The notes below the pieces were generated by a model, which did no database searches, was not told the DNA's origin, and worked only from the letters and a program-made list of their open reading frames with translations. Both the position numbers and the translations under genes were made by a program. A stretch of 62,986 bases of DNA, the filler included, from Octopus bimaculoides (lineage: Eukaryota), in the NCBI RefSeq assembly GCF_001194135.2. It is 5 parts of 5 records of this genome, joined end to end, with 100 filler letters (N's around TTAATTAATTAA, not from the genome) between each part and the next. Parts side by side here need not be neighbours in the genome. Positions count along the whole stretch, not along the records: positions 1 to 30,441 come from NC_068981.1; 4 more parts are not named here. The stretch is one strand, 5' to 3'. Every line of letters begins with the position of its first letter. The first letter of the stretch is position 1. Below, piece by piece: positions 13,170 to 26,174 of this stretch.

Positions 13170-13335
13170 ATGTTGGCGATTTTTTTCCTCCGTCTTCCTT
13201 TACTCTTGGACATTCCACTGTCTCCTGTTTCTGAAGAAGAGCTTTGCTCGAAACATAAAACACTGTTTCTTTCCTTCTCTGAGCATCTTTTAATACTTTG
13301 CATGCACCACGTCCTCGCATTGTTATTTTTTTTTG
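13170..13335 (+). mobile_element. probable Penelope pseudo-LTR fragment (pyrimidine-rich) carrying a hammerhead motif, approximate ends
   Basis: Pyrimidine-rich segment surrounding the hammerhead motif at 13226-13262. Assignment to Penelope-like elements (PLEs) is inferred from the known PLE-hammerhead association. Confidence 0.5.
13226..13262 (+). ncRNA. minimal type I hammerhead ribozyme motif (probably mutated at 16.2)
   Basis: TGTTT-CTGAAGA-A-GAGC(TTT)GCTC-GAAA-C-AT-A-AAACA: 5-bp stem I, intact CUGANGA and GAAA boxes, 4-bp stem II, loopless stem III AC/AT (ACGT expected). Confidence 0.65.
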
Positions 13336-13362
13336 GGGGGGGGTCTTCATTTTTTGTGATTT

Positions 13363-13407
<45 letters not shown>

Positions 13408-13699
13408 CATACACATACACACACAAGCACGTACGCCCAAACACAAAAAACACACATACACACACGTATACACACATAGAATACGGATCTGTTTTCATAT
13501 TTTATCCATTTTAAAACATGTACTTGCTCGTTCTTATTATTCTCATTGGAAATTTCTCGCAATGAGCAGTGCTAAGTGTTGGAAAGGAGCATCAACCAGT
13601 GCAATAGCAACCTTCTTTTTATTCATGGCTTCGTGAAGGCAGGTTTAAGAATTCATATTTCTACCGATCTTAGGGTGACGAGTTGATAGAATCTTATGC

Positions 13700-13885
13700 A
13701 GGCCATGCAGAATGCTTAGCAGCATTTCATCTGCCTTGATGTTCCGAGTACAAACTCCGCCGAGGACGAGTTAGGCTTTCATTCTTTCAGAGTCAATAAA
13801 ATAAGCACCAGTTGAACACTCAAGACGATGTAATCGACTAGGCCCCTTCCCTCAAAATTTCCGGCCTTGTACCTATAGTAGAGAG
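13700..13885 (+). mobile_element. family A SINE (degraded), approximate ends
   Basis: gaatgcttagcagcatttc..ccgccgaggacgag..ctttcattc..ataaaataagcaccag..ggccttgtacctatagtagagagaatt. Confidence 0.75.
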
Positions 13886-16100
13886 AATTATCTCTGCTGG
13901 CTCCTTCATGACTCCTAATCCTTTTGTAAGTCTTTAGTCATCTGGATCCAGTTATCTACTGCCTAGTGTCGTTGATTTTTTCTCCGCTAGACGTTCTTTT
14001 AAAAGAATAATAGAAAGATTTCTTACTCTAGAATTTTAATATAAAATCGCTTAAAGATTAAGTCTTTTTTTTATCCAAATACTAACATGTAATTTTTTAT
14101 GTGGCATTAGTAAATCCTAATTCTAATCTGCTTAGATATCTGAGGGCACAAAAAACACACGAAAGACACTCAACCGTATGTAGACTTTAAATTTCATTCA
14201 CAACATTTTTTAAATATAAATTTATTGAATTAAAGTACTTTCATTGAAAATGTTTTGTAAAGTATTTAAATTTTATATATATTTAAAATGTGCTTTGTAA
14301 TTTTTTTTTTTAATTTTTAATATATAAAATATTTCATTTAGACACTATCACAGTATTTAATCAAGCTAATATAGTTTAGAAAAAAATATACGCTTTCTTT
14401 ATTATATAAATGTTTTTGAATCTATTTCTCTGGTTTTCTATTGACGAAATGTTTAGATATATATATTTCCCACTAGGTCAAGTTATACCAATTTGTGGAA
14501 TTTAGACGATAAGAAGAGAGAGAGAGGGGGAGGGACAGGGAGAGAGAGAGCTGGCATGCACACGGCAACGTATACAGTGACATGCATACATATTCATATA
14601 TAAAAGATACTTATATGCATTACAAAAAGTTATATTATATTAGCTCATTCACGATTTAAGATATTTCTCTATTCTAGAAATTACTAATACTTCACACATG
14701 TATTTATATATTATCTGAACTGTTTAAAATAAATAAATAGACATAATATAATGTCTAATAGCTGATGAATACTGCCTCTGGATTCCCTCCATTTTCTTCT
14801 TGCCATATATATGTATATANNNNNNNNNNNNNNNNNNNNNNNNNNNNNNNNNNNNNNNNNNNNNNNNNNNNNNNNNNNNNNNNNNNNNNNNNNNNNNNNN
14901 NNNNNNNNNNNNNNNNNNNNNNNNNNNNNNNNNNNNNNNNNNNNNNNNNNNNNNNNNNNNNNNNNNNNNNNNNNNNNNNNNNNNNNNNNNNNNNNNNNNN
15001 NNNNNNNNNNNNNNNNNNNNNNNNNNNNNNNNNNNNNNNNNNNNNNNNNNNNNNNNNNNNNNNNNNNNNNNNNNNNNNNNNNNNNNNNNNNNNNNNNNNN
15101 NNNNNNTCTCTCGAATGAATCCTTCGCCAGGTTTCTATTTTCAGTGAGAGTCACTTGAACAGCAAATCTGTGAATAATACCACGAACGGAGAACGTGACA
15201 ATTGCCCGATTTGCATATTCTCTACACAAAACCAACCGCTAACAAAGGAAAGAATCGGAAAATGCATGTAGAATATATATTTTTTAAAGACACCAACGAC
15301 AACCATTTTTGTAAAAGAAACAGAAACATAACAATGACTGAAGCAGACTACAATTATTTTCATGTTTCTTTTATAAATTTGACAGTCTTTGCTGTCTTTA
15401 AAAAGTATTTCTTTCACATATATGTATTTTCTAATTCTACTTACATAGTAAATAATATTTCTCCAAAGGCAATTGTATTTTATTAATAGCAAAATCGACT
15501 GTGTATCAAATTAACAGACTGTTGCGATTCACTTCCAAGTTATTATATTTCCAAATGGTGAGACTTTTATCTCTCTCGTTACGCCAGAAACACGCAAACA
15601 ACATAATGATGAAATCTTTTGAAGTTCAACGGTGAGCGGAAAATATTCTAGGTGATCTGAAACTATGGCATTACTAAACAGTCAAAAGCTGTAAAGAGAG
15701 TTGCATTTTTGTTTGTGTTAAATTTTCCATAATAATGTGTTGTTGATCTTTTTTTTTTTTTTCCATTTCATTTTTGTTCGAGTGAATGTAATTAAATTTT
15801 CATATATCAATTAATCATATTGTTGAAATGAATTTAGTAAATTCTTTGTTTCTCGTTTAATTTTTCTTGTTTTTTTTGTTCCCCAATTTTTCATGTAGGT
15901 TTATCAGTTGTAACACTTGACGAATTTAAGGTTTAATTGTCACGGAAAGAAGAACGAATATTTTAGATTAAAAATAATGACTTTAGTGTGGAGAATTTGC
16001 ATGTGATAAAGGGAAAGGGAAAAAAAATAAGGACGCTTTCTAGTAACGATTCAGTCAGAAACTGACCGATTGAATCTCAGTTTGTTTTGTGGTGGGTTGT

Positions 16101-16131
<31 letters not shown>

Positions 16132-16147
16132 TTAATAATAATAATAA

Positions 16148-16178
<31 letters not shown>

Positions 16179-16227
16179 AAGAAGAAGAAGAAGAAGAAGA
16201 AGAAGAAGAAGAAGAAGAAGAAGAAGA

Positions 16228-16259
<32 letters not shown>

Positions 16260-16380
16260 ATGATGATGATGATGATGAGGGTGATGATGATGATGAAGAT
16301 GAAAATCAACAACAACAACAACAACAAGAAAAACACAAGAAGAAGAAGAAGAAGAAGAAGAAGAAGAAGAAGAAGAAGAA
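16101..16380. repeat. compound trinucleotide microsatellite (TAA)n-(GAA)n-(GAT)n-(GGT)n-(CAA)n-(GAA)n
   Basis: Direct read. Confidence 0.95.
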
Positions 16381-17100
16381 GGATTGAAGATAGCGACAGG
16401 AGCATTGTGACCTGAAGATAGAGACAAATGCACTCATCTGTACAGCTCAGGGACAAGCGTTAAGAACCAATTATATGAAGTGCAGAACTGACAACACTAC
16501 AGATAGCGACAAATGAAGATTGTGTGTTGAGAGGGGTGTAATGGAACGGCACATCGTTAACAAATGCCCGAAATTGGCACAACAGGAATAGAAACGACAC
16601 CATGACCATGTTGGCAAGAATGATCTAAGCCCTGAGGAAATCAAGGCCTAAAAGAGACATGGTATGAACAAACCCCAGAAGAAGTCACCGAAAATGAGAA
16701 CCGGACATTGTAGTGGTGAATAATACAGAAAGAACATGTAAGATAAGTGACATGCCCCGGTGACAACAGGATCAATGTTAAAAAAATAAGAAAAAGAAAC
16801 GACTATGACAATTTAAAGTGGGAAATATGAAGGTTGTGCTCAATGAAGAGAGTAGACGTGATGCAAATAGAAATTGGTGCACTTGGAAGTATCAGCACTG
16901 AACTACCAACAGGGCCTGAAAAAGTTCAACGTAAGTGTGCAGGTAGAACACATACAAAAATCAGCATTGCTTGGAACTGCAAGAATTCTTCGCAGGGTTC
17001 TTGCAGCATGACCAGTAAACAAGTGTCACCTTAGTCTGCTGGCTGTGGACAGCCGACCCTTTTCATCATAACCAGCAAAATAAGCTGTGAGTTTTTCATG
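16381..17100 (+). mobile_element. R4/Dong-type non-LTR retrotransposon, 5'-truncated 3' fragment (subfamily 1), followed by (TAA)n
   Basis: Manual translation: ETNALICTAQGQALRTNY..RLC..HIVNKCPKLAQQE*KRHHD (CCHC region) and IEIGALGSI (endonuclease C-terminus); short 3' UTR, then (TAA)n from 17101. Confidence 0.75.
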
Positions 17101-17155
17101 TAATAATAAGAATAATAATAACAACGGCAACAAGAATAGCAACAACAACAGCAAC

Positions 17156-17261
<106 letters not shown>

Positions 17262-17582
17262 NNNNNNNNNNNNNNNNNNNNNNNNNNNNNNNNNNNNNNN
17301 NNNNNNNNNNNNNNNNNNNNNNNNNNNNNNNNNNNNNNNNNNNNNNNNNNNNNNNNNNNNNNNNNNNNNNNNNNNNNNNNNNNNNNNNNNNNNNNNNNNN
17401 NNNNNNNNNNNNNNNNNNNNNNNNNNNNNNNNNNNNNNNNNNNNNNNNNNNNNNNNNNNNNNNNNNNNNNNNNNNNNNNNNNNNNNNNNNNNNNNNNNNN
17501 NNNNNNNNNNNNNNNNNNNNNNNNNNNNNNNNNNNNNNNNNNNNNNNNNNNNNNNNNNNNNNNNNNNNNNNNNNNNNNNNNN

Positions 17583-17798
<216 letters not shown>

Positions 17799-19322
17799 CA
17801 ACTCTAACCAAAACCTGAAAGTAATTGGTAAAATCCACCTTGCACATAAAGATATAATTTCAGCTAATGATGTTGATATTGCAGATGTCAACCACCTGTA
17901 CTATGCATACTATGATTCTATGTGGCGTAAAGATTAGAAAACGACAACATTCCTAGAAAATGCCTTCTTGGCAAAAGCGTATTCAACACCAAATTTAGCT
18001 ACTTAGGTCTGACATAGAATGTTTAAATAACTTTAAGTTTGATAAGACTATCAAACCAATAAACATTAATGAAAAAATATATGAAAACCATACTTGATAT
18101 CGATACCACCATAGAATCTATCGAGCAAAATGTATGTGCTAAAGCTGCCCGCATAGCACGGTATGAAAAGCGCGTTAGATTATTCAAGGACAACATGTTC
18201 AAAAATAACACAATATAACGACTTTACCTGCGAAGAAAAGAGAAAGGCCGTAGACTTTTACAGCTGGAATTAACAATGAAGATTGCCAACTGAAAAACAC
18301 TGATGACTGGATGTTAAAACTTGTCTTAAAGTATGAAAATGAAAAAGTACCATACTCAGTAACAAAACAGGCAAAGGAATATCTAAGTGAATTCCAAATG
18401 CAATAAATCCCAGAAGTAGACGTGCTGGAAACAAGCACAGAGAAGCGAAGCGTATCAAAACCCGTGCTAAAACTGCTGCCTTACAGATAAAGGGCAAGAA
18501 AAAACCTCTCAATGACAAATACCCAAAAAGCGCTAATAGTGCCCATATTGACAAAGCCCTTACCCATCAATGGTTAGTGTCTTCTGGCTTAAAATCAGAA
18601 ACAGAAGGGGTTATCATAGCGGCCCAAGGTCAATGCCTACCTGCAAGAGCTACCAAGCCAACATATTAAAGAACGGCAGTGGCCCAACATGTTGTGCATG
18701 TAAACAGCAAAATGAAACCATTGATCATGTTGTCTCCATGTGAAGTCTCCTTGCGCCTACAGAGTATCTCAACAAGCATGATAGAGCAGCACAATATATT
18801 CACTGGGTAATTTGTGAAAACCTGGACCTGTCACATAATAAAAACTGGTGGGAACACGAACCACCTTCGGTGCTTAAAAATGATCATATCTCACTCCTCT
18901 GGAACTTCATCGTTCAAACTGACAGAAAGATAGATGTGAATAGGCCAGACATTATATTGAAGAACTTGAGACAAAAATCATACCTCCTCATTGATATGAC
19001 TGTCCCAACTGACATGAATGTATTTGTGAAGATCTACCAAAAACTGAGCAAGTTTAAAGCCCTTGAAATAGAAATTGGCAAAATGTGGAATCTCGAGGCT
19101 AAAATAATACCTGTTGTCATAGGTGCCCTAGGAATGATAGCAAAAGGGGCTGATTCCTACCTAGCTCAGATACCAGGAAACCCCAAAATGGCAGAAATTC
19201 GAAAGATAGGGCTCATTGAAACTGCCTATATCCTGCGTAATATACTGTCTATGTAATCTCAAATTTTAATACAAACACAAAATTTTCTTATGTTTGCTTA
19301 AAAATTCTCTAGAACAATACTA

Positions 19323-20603
19323 TCAGGTCATCCTATAAGTTCTATCCGATTTTACCTTTTTTTTTAAATTGAATGAAATTTAATAGTATTTTAGAATGTC
19401 TAATGGCATTAAAAATTATTTTTATGCATTTGTGTACATTTAAACTAATTAAATATTATTTTACAGAATAATAGAATTAAAATTTCTTTGATTAAAACCC
19501 TTTCTAACATGCAAGTATCCAAAGAGCATTTAAGGCACATAATGCTTTATGAGCACAAAGAAGAAAACTCTGCAGCCGAAGCGACTCGAATCATACACTC
19601 AGTTTATCGGAAAGCATGCTTGAATGAAATAACATGCAGAAGACGGCTTGCAAAATTCAGAAGTGGAGATTTCAGCCTTGTAGATGAAGATCGAATAGGA
19701 CGTCCAGTTGAGTCTGATGATAAGCTCCTTGAGGCATTACTTGAAGAAAATACTGCATTATCAGTTGAAGAATTGGCAATAAAGCTTAGTTCAAACCATA
19801 CAACTGTTCATCGTCATCTTCCACAACTTGGAAATCGTCCTAAACTTGGAAAATGGCTGCCTCATGAATTGTCCGAAAGCAACCGTAAATCCCGAGTTGA
19901 CATCTACTCTTCTCTCCATTCTGGCGAACTCATTTTACCCTTTTTGGATAGACTTGTGACCGTTGACGAACTTCTATTGAAATGTTAAACGTCGTAAACA
20001 GTAGCTTGGTAAAAGGGAAAAAGCTCAACCACAACTGAGATGGAAACTTAATGGAAAAACGGTTCTTCTCTCTATTTGGTGGGATTGCAAAAGAGTAATT
20101 CACTTTGAATTGTTACCACCTAATGCAACAATCAATGCTCAAGTCTACTATCAGTAATTAGAGCGTTTGAACTAAGCTTAGAAGAAAAAAAGACCCGCTT
20201 TAGTGAATCGAAAAGGAGTGATGTTTCATCAGGACCATGCGTGACCCCACACTTCAAAGATTACATCACAGAAGATCGAAGAGCTTGGTTGGGAAAAATT
20301 CCTCATCCACCTTATTCTCCCGACCTTGCTCCTTCAGACTACAGTTTGTTTCTTAGTTTACAGAATCATTAGGTGGACATAACTTTCGCAAGCCAAGAGG
20401 AGGTCGAAACTGACATTTCAGAGTTCTTCGCTTTGAAACCAAAAGAGTTTTACATTGATGGGATTAAAAATATTGGACATAGATGGAAGGAAGTCATAGA
20501 TAATCAGGGAAAGTACACTGATGATTAAATTTCAATTAAATATAACATTTGATCACATGTTTTCTTTATTCAAAATTCGGACAGAACTTATGGGATGACC
20601 TGA
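19323..20603 (+). mobile_element. full-length (1281 bp) mariner DD34D transposon with 27-bp TIRs and TA target duplication
   Basis: Left TIR tcaggtcatcctataagttctatccga (19323-19349); right TIR tcggacagaacttatgggatgacctga (20577-20603), 25/27 complementary; TA at 19321-19322 and 20604-20605. Confidence 0.95.
19509..20528 (+). pseudogene. mariner transposase pseudogene
   Basis: MQVSKEHLRHIMLYE..WLPHEL..LDRLVTVDE, then a frameshift; later HQDHA*PH and HPPYSPDLAPSDY; stop at 20526-20528. Confidence 0.92.
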
Positions 20604-21627
20604 TATGTGCAAAACGAAATATATGACAACCTAGGCATAACACCTACTTGAACTTCTAACTTGTTGTCTCTTGAGGACGTTAGGAGTGAATAGGAGTCAA
20701 CTTGCATAAATAGAAAGCAAAAGTCAAACATATCATAATAGCAATAATAATAATAGATGCCACTGATGATGATGATGATGACGATGATGATGATAATGAT
20801 GATGATCATTTTTATTTCGGGAAGTATAAACATGTACAATGCTTGTATTGGAGAGGAGTTGAGAAACTGTTAAATTCTAACACCGTTTCACCCGTTTTTA
20901 AATCTTGAATATTTTTCTAGCCAATGAGAAATACAGAAAGTCTGACATCTCTCTTTCTCTGTTAATGAAATTTAAATCATACAGCAAGTGATTATTTGAA
21001 TGTTGTCACCATTGAAATCATAAATTTAACAAATATAATTATTGTTTAATAAATATTTAAACTAGTTATTTCTCGAAATAAAATAAATTAACTGAAAGAA
21101 AATCGACTGAAAATATTCTGAAAGCAGAATCTCACGGGACAATGAGAGGCAATCAACAACTTAACATAGAAGCTAGAGTCAATCTGCTCGAAAATTTGTT
21201 CGTTAATGTTGATAAGGTAAACAAGAGATTACAAAAACAAATTATAATAAATTAATTCGATACGTTTCGCTTATTTTAAAGTTTGTGTACAGAGCTGATC
21301 TATAATTTTACAAAAGATGATATAACTGGATCATTCTGCATAGTTAAACTGTAAACAAACTCATTCACACACGCACCAATACGACTGCTTTGTTTTATAT
21401 ATGTCTGAGTATACAAACAAACTAGATTAACTTTAGTCATATATCTAGTGGGATATGTGTGTTTACATACTTATATATATGTACATACATACATACACAC
21501 ACATAGATATATACATACATGCATATATACATACATACCTGCATACATGCATACACATAGACAGGGAAGAAGAGAAACATACAGAAATATATATATATAT
21601 TTATGTATATATGTATTTATGTATGTA

Positions 21628-21691
<64 letters not shown>

Positions 21692-22149
21692 CATAGCTAT
21701 CTATTTAGATGGAAAAATAAGTGTACAAACGAAAGAAAAGATCACTCATCACGTTTGGTAGAGGTTATATTTATTTGTGTTAACACTTTCTGCTGTAATT
21801 GCATTACGTAAGTCTGAAAGGTGTGAGAAAAACACAACTGAATATTCGGATATCTACTTTTGAGCTTCATAAGCAGATAATCCAAACGATCGCATGTATT
21901 TTTTCACTTCTGTAAGTATTGCGTCTCCGCGACAAACTTTTAACACACACACATATGTATACATACACACATGCATACACGGGTGCATACACACATATAC
22001 TAACAAATAATAAAGAAGAATATTTTTGCTCATTCGATTGCAAACTTAATTTAGATACTTTTGTAAACACGAATGTAAACAACCCACAACGGAATTCGAA
22101 CAATGAAACTGCTGTTGTCCATATACCCATGCTAAACTTTGCACCAGAG

Positions 22150-22371
22150 TGAGCAAGCGCTTAACTTCATTCAAACTAGAGCGTATTAAGTGCCAATTGC
22201 CAGCTATGGTATACACCCTTTCTCATCTAACCCAATGTGGAACAAATCAACTCCTGTACTTATTTTTTTAAACCTAGTACTCATTCTATTTGTTGAACCG
22301 GTAAGTTGGGAGGACGTGTAGCCACTAACATCGGTTTTAAAGTGAGGTGTTGGACAAACCCAGACACCAAG

Positions 22372-22432
<61 letters not shown>

Positions 22433-22708
22433 NNNNNNNNNNNNNNNNNNNNNNNNNNNNNNNNNNNNNNNNNNNNNNNNNNNNNNNNNNNNNNNNNNNN
22501 NNNNNNNNNNNNNNNNNNNNNNNNNNNNNNNNNNNNNNNNNNNNNNNNNNNNNNNNNNNNNNNNNNNNNNNNNNNNNNNNNNNNNNNNNNNNNNNNNNNN
22601 NNNNNNNNNNNNNNNNNNNNNNNNNNNNNNNNNNNNNNNNNNNNNNNNNNNNNNNNNNNNNNNNNNNNNNNNNNNNNNNNNTACAAGATAGATAGATAGA
22701 TAGATACA

Positions 22709-22744
<36 letters not shown>

Positions 22745-22912
22745 CATATATATGACGGCTTATTTCAGTTTCCTTCAACAAAATCCACTCTCATGGCTTT
22801 GGTCAGCCCGTGTCTTTAGTAGAAGACCAACGTCCAAGGTGTCATACAGTACTACTGAACCCTGAACTATGTGGTCGCAAAGTAAACTTCTTACCACACT
22901 GCCACGCCTGCA
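22150..22912 (-). mobile_element. family B SINE spanning an assembly gap in its internal microsatellite, approximate ends
   Basis: Head caggcgtggcagtgtggtaagaag.. at ~22912; 3' body ..ctagtactcattctatt.. to the left of the gap. Confidence 0.75.
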
Positions 22913-24601
22913 CAAATTTCCGTCTACTAAATTCACTCACAATAATAACAATAAATAAAGCGTTTACTATTTAATCAGGAAGAAAATAATGAACCCAAAA
23001 TTTTTGCGTTTATCTGTCATCAGTGAGATTAGCTTTAACTTTCCTTCGTCGATTCTCCTATTCATCTTTCCGGGTCGATAGAATTAGTACCAGTTGAACA
23101 CTGAGGTCGGTGTAATTGATTTACTCCCTCCCTCAGACTTGCTGGCCTTGTACCAACATTTGAAACTGAAGTCTTTCAGATTATACAGTTGCTAGTCAAC
23201 GTAAGTATTCTAGACCTCATCGAAACTGAAGCAACGAGGGAGAATGTATGACACGAATGGTTTTGCTATAATAGGCAGACACACATTTCTTTATCACATC
23301 ACGCACTAGCATCTTAATTAAACGATAGACACATTGAATAATGGCTGGTTACGCCTGGAATAACTTTGATCACAGATCTACTAAAAGTTGATGGGATAGG
23401 GTTAAACATCATCAATAACAATTGCAGAAAATGTACCAATCCTTAGCTGTTTCATTTACGATCAGTTTAAGCCATTGGAGCAGAAATTATGTTTATACAG
23501 TTAGACTAATGAACAATTTTTTTCGGCCTTTTCTACGTTTGATAATGCGTTGTATTCATTAATTCTCTAACAAAAAGTAATCCGCCGTGCTTTCTTTTAG
23601 ATCCTCATTAATATTGTTGTAGAAATAACTGGCCTTAAGTTCACTTTTGTTCAGAATAAGTTACTTGTTTTTATTCGACTGCAGTAATAATAGAGTAGAA
23701 GAGTATTTATGCAAGCGGAGAGCAAACGACAGTAAAAAAGAAATAACCGGTACACCAGTCTACCCTGTCTTCTAGAACATTTCTTTAAAAATAAACTAGA
23801 AAATAATAACATAGAAATTATCAAAATAATTTAGCCTTTTCATGAAATATAGATTAAAACAGAAAACTAATAAAACAGTAAAACTATAAAATGAGTATTA
23901 AAATAAAAATATTTATAAATAGATAAAGAGAAAACAGAATGTATTTTAAAGCAGAAAAAAAATGTATAGAATGTAAATGTGGAGAAGATCGGAAAAACAA
24001 TAAAAACTATGTTGTTCTTGTCCTCCTGCTTCCACCTATGATTTAACCATATCATCATAACTGTAATTATAGAGATTTCATCCTACCAAGAATAATAGTG
24101 AGGATATATGTCTGCTTTAGATGAAAGGTGTGTATTCTTTTTTCTATGATTTCAACATCTATTATTACATCTCACATATAACTCGCATTTCTTTACTAGA
24201 TTATCCTTAAGTGTGTTTAATATCTATGTTTTAAATATTGATCTTTTACTGTTAATACCAATAGTAGATTTTCCTTTGGAGTTATTTTCCTAATTGATAC
24301 CCGTGTTGTGGGGTATTTCATAGATTTCGATTTGGAGGTAAACTGGAAGTATTTAGTATGAAGAGAGTTATGAAGTCATACAGAGAAATTATGAGTCTTA
24401 TAGTCGACTTGTTCTGATTATCAGAAACTATTGTACCATCACAGATATAAGGCATTGCTCAGTAGCTGAGTAATGTTTGCAAGTGTTTATCCAGACATTT
24501 AGTGACGGTGCTGACAAGGACACAGTATTTCGTTTTGCCACTACAATATACTAACAAGTGTACTAAAGGTTTACAAGTCGATATTGCGTCTTACCAATAA
24601 T

Positions 24602-25475
24602 GATGGCGATCTGGCAGAATCCTTAGCACGCCGGACAAAATGCTTTGCAACATATCGTCCTTTTTTAAATTCTACGACTTTACCTTTCATCCTTTCGGGT
24701 CGATAAAATAAGTACTGGGCTTGATGTAATCGACTTATTCTTCTCCCAAAATTGCTGGCCCTGTGGCAAAATTTGAAATCAATATCATGTCTTATCTTGT
24801 GTTAGCAGTGCGGTGTATTCACTTAAGAATTTATAAAGATAAACTGAAAAGTGATCTTCCTTAAGAATGCGGGCCTTACTAAATGCCAGGTGTGACGTCT
24901 TGAGTACAACCCTCGGCGGTTTTCCCACCTATGCGGGCCTCTTTTACTTGTTTTCTTGATTCTATTTGAAGTCATTCTTAGGGCAGCGAAATAATATAGT
25001 GTTTAGAGTCTAGAATAAAATTTCTTGCTGTGTTTGTTTTCCTGTGATGGATGAGAGAAACGTTAGACGGATAAAATATCCAGCAGTAGAGGGGAGTTTT
25101 GGCCTTTTACGTTCTCAATCCAACTTTTGTCAAAGTAAGCTTTGTCTTCAATCTTCTGAGTGTCGATAAAAGAAGGGATCTTCAAGTAGTGGGGGTGATT
25201 TCATTGTGTAGCCACCCACTTTACCAAAAATTTGTGATTTATGGCTTAGAAACAATATTAAGATTTACTGCTGCTGTTTGGCAGAAACGTTAGTGCATCG
25301 GCAAAATACCTTGTGGTGTTTCTATCGGCTCTTTACCTTCTGTATTCAAATACCAGTGAAGCCAACACTTATTTTCATTCCTTGAGGGTCGATAAAATAA
25401 AGTACTGATTAAATACTGGGACAGATCGTATCAAATACCTCTCCCATAGAAATTGTTGTTCTAAATCAGAACCAG
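24602..25475. mobile_element. three family A SINE copies: + (~24602-24785), - (~25095-25255), + (~25275-25475)
   Basis: Diagnostic ggcagaa..ttagc, gtcgataaaata and agtact motifs in the stated orientations. Confidence 0.7.
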
Positions 25476-25560
25476 TTCTTAAAGTTTCTATCACTATAAC
25501 TGCAACACAAATTCAAAATGCTTAAACGCATAAGAGAATGTAAGAGTGTGCAGATACATT

Positions 25561-25561
<1 letters not shown>

Positions 25562-25642
<81 letters not shown>
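25562..25642. repeat. (CT)n microsatellite
   Basis: Direct read. Confidence 0.95.
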
Positions 25643-25643
<1 letters not shown>

Positions 25644-26136
25644 GTAACGACTCCTCCATCTCTTTCTATATATCCATTTGTCTCATATTACTTTCTCTCT
25701 GTCTCTATTAATTCATTAGCAATTTTCGTACAAGTAATAGCAAACATTAGACGACAGTAAATAGCTAATACGACTATATCAAAGATTAAGGTTTATCATC
25801 TGTTATTAAGATATCAACACATTCTTTGATCAGTTATATCATATTTCTAAATTATCTGTCTTTAATATAGCATAGCGTAATATTGTGAGAATTGTGCCTC
25901 CAATATTAAATCGTATGTAATACTATACACTTTACCATCCATACATTGTGTGTATATGTTTCTGCGTGTATGCGTGTTATTAGTGTTCATGTGTGCGCTT
26001 TTATGTGTGCATTTCTGTCGTACAAGTGTGTTTAAATACTAACTTCACTTCTCACGAAATTCTCTTTCCTAACCAGTCAGATTCAACCTCACTTCCGGCC
26101 AGTTTCACTGACAGACCTGACTTAGAGATCCCTCCG

Positions 26137-26137
<1 letters not shown>

Positions 26138-26174
<37 letters not shown>

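Larger units (their letters stand above)
17800..20750 (+). mobile_element. R4/Dong-type non-LTR retrotransposon (subfamily 2), RT region apparently deleted, 3' UTR split by a mariner
   Basis: N-terminal-type segment (MPSWQKRIQ..AKAARIARYEKR) joins near 18230 directly to post-RT sequence, then HQWLVSSGLKSETEGVIIAAQ, the CCHC region (CCACKQQNETIDHVVS) and ORF 18870-19256 with a restriction-like endonuclease (NRPDIIL..LIDMTVP..KLSKF..PVVIGALG). The 3' UTR resumes at 20606 and ends in TAA/GAT repeats. Confidence 0.85.

Noticed and set aside
15147-15270. Acceptor-like sites on both strands next to a gap, one frame containing CPIC
   Set aside because: No usable donor and no homology recognised in any frame.
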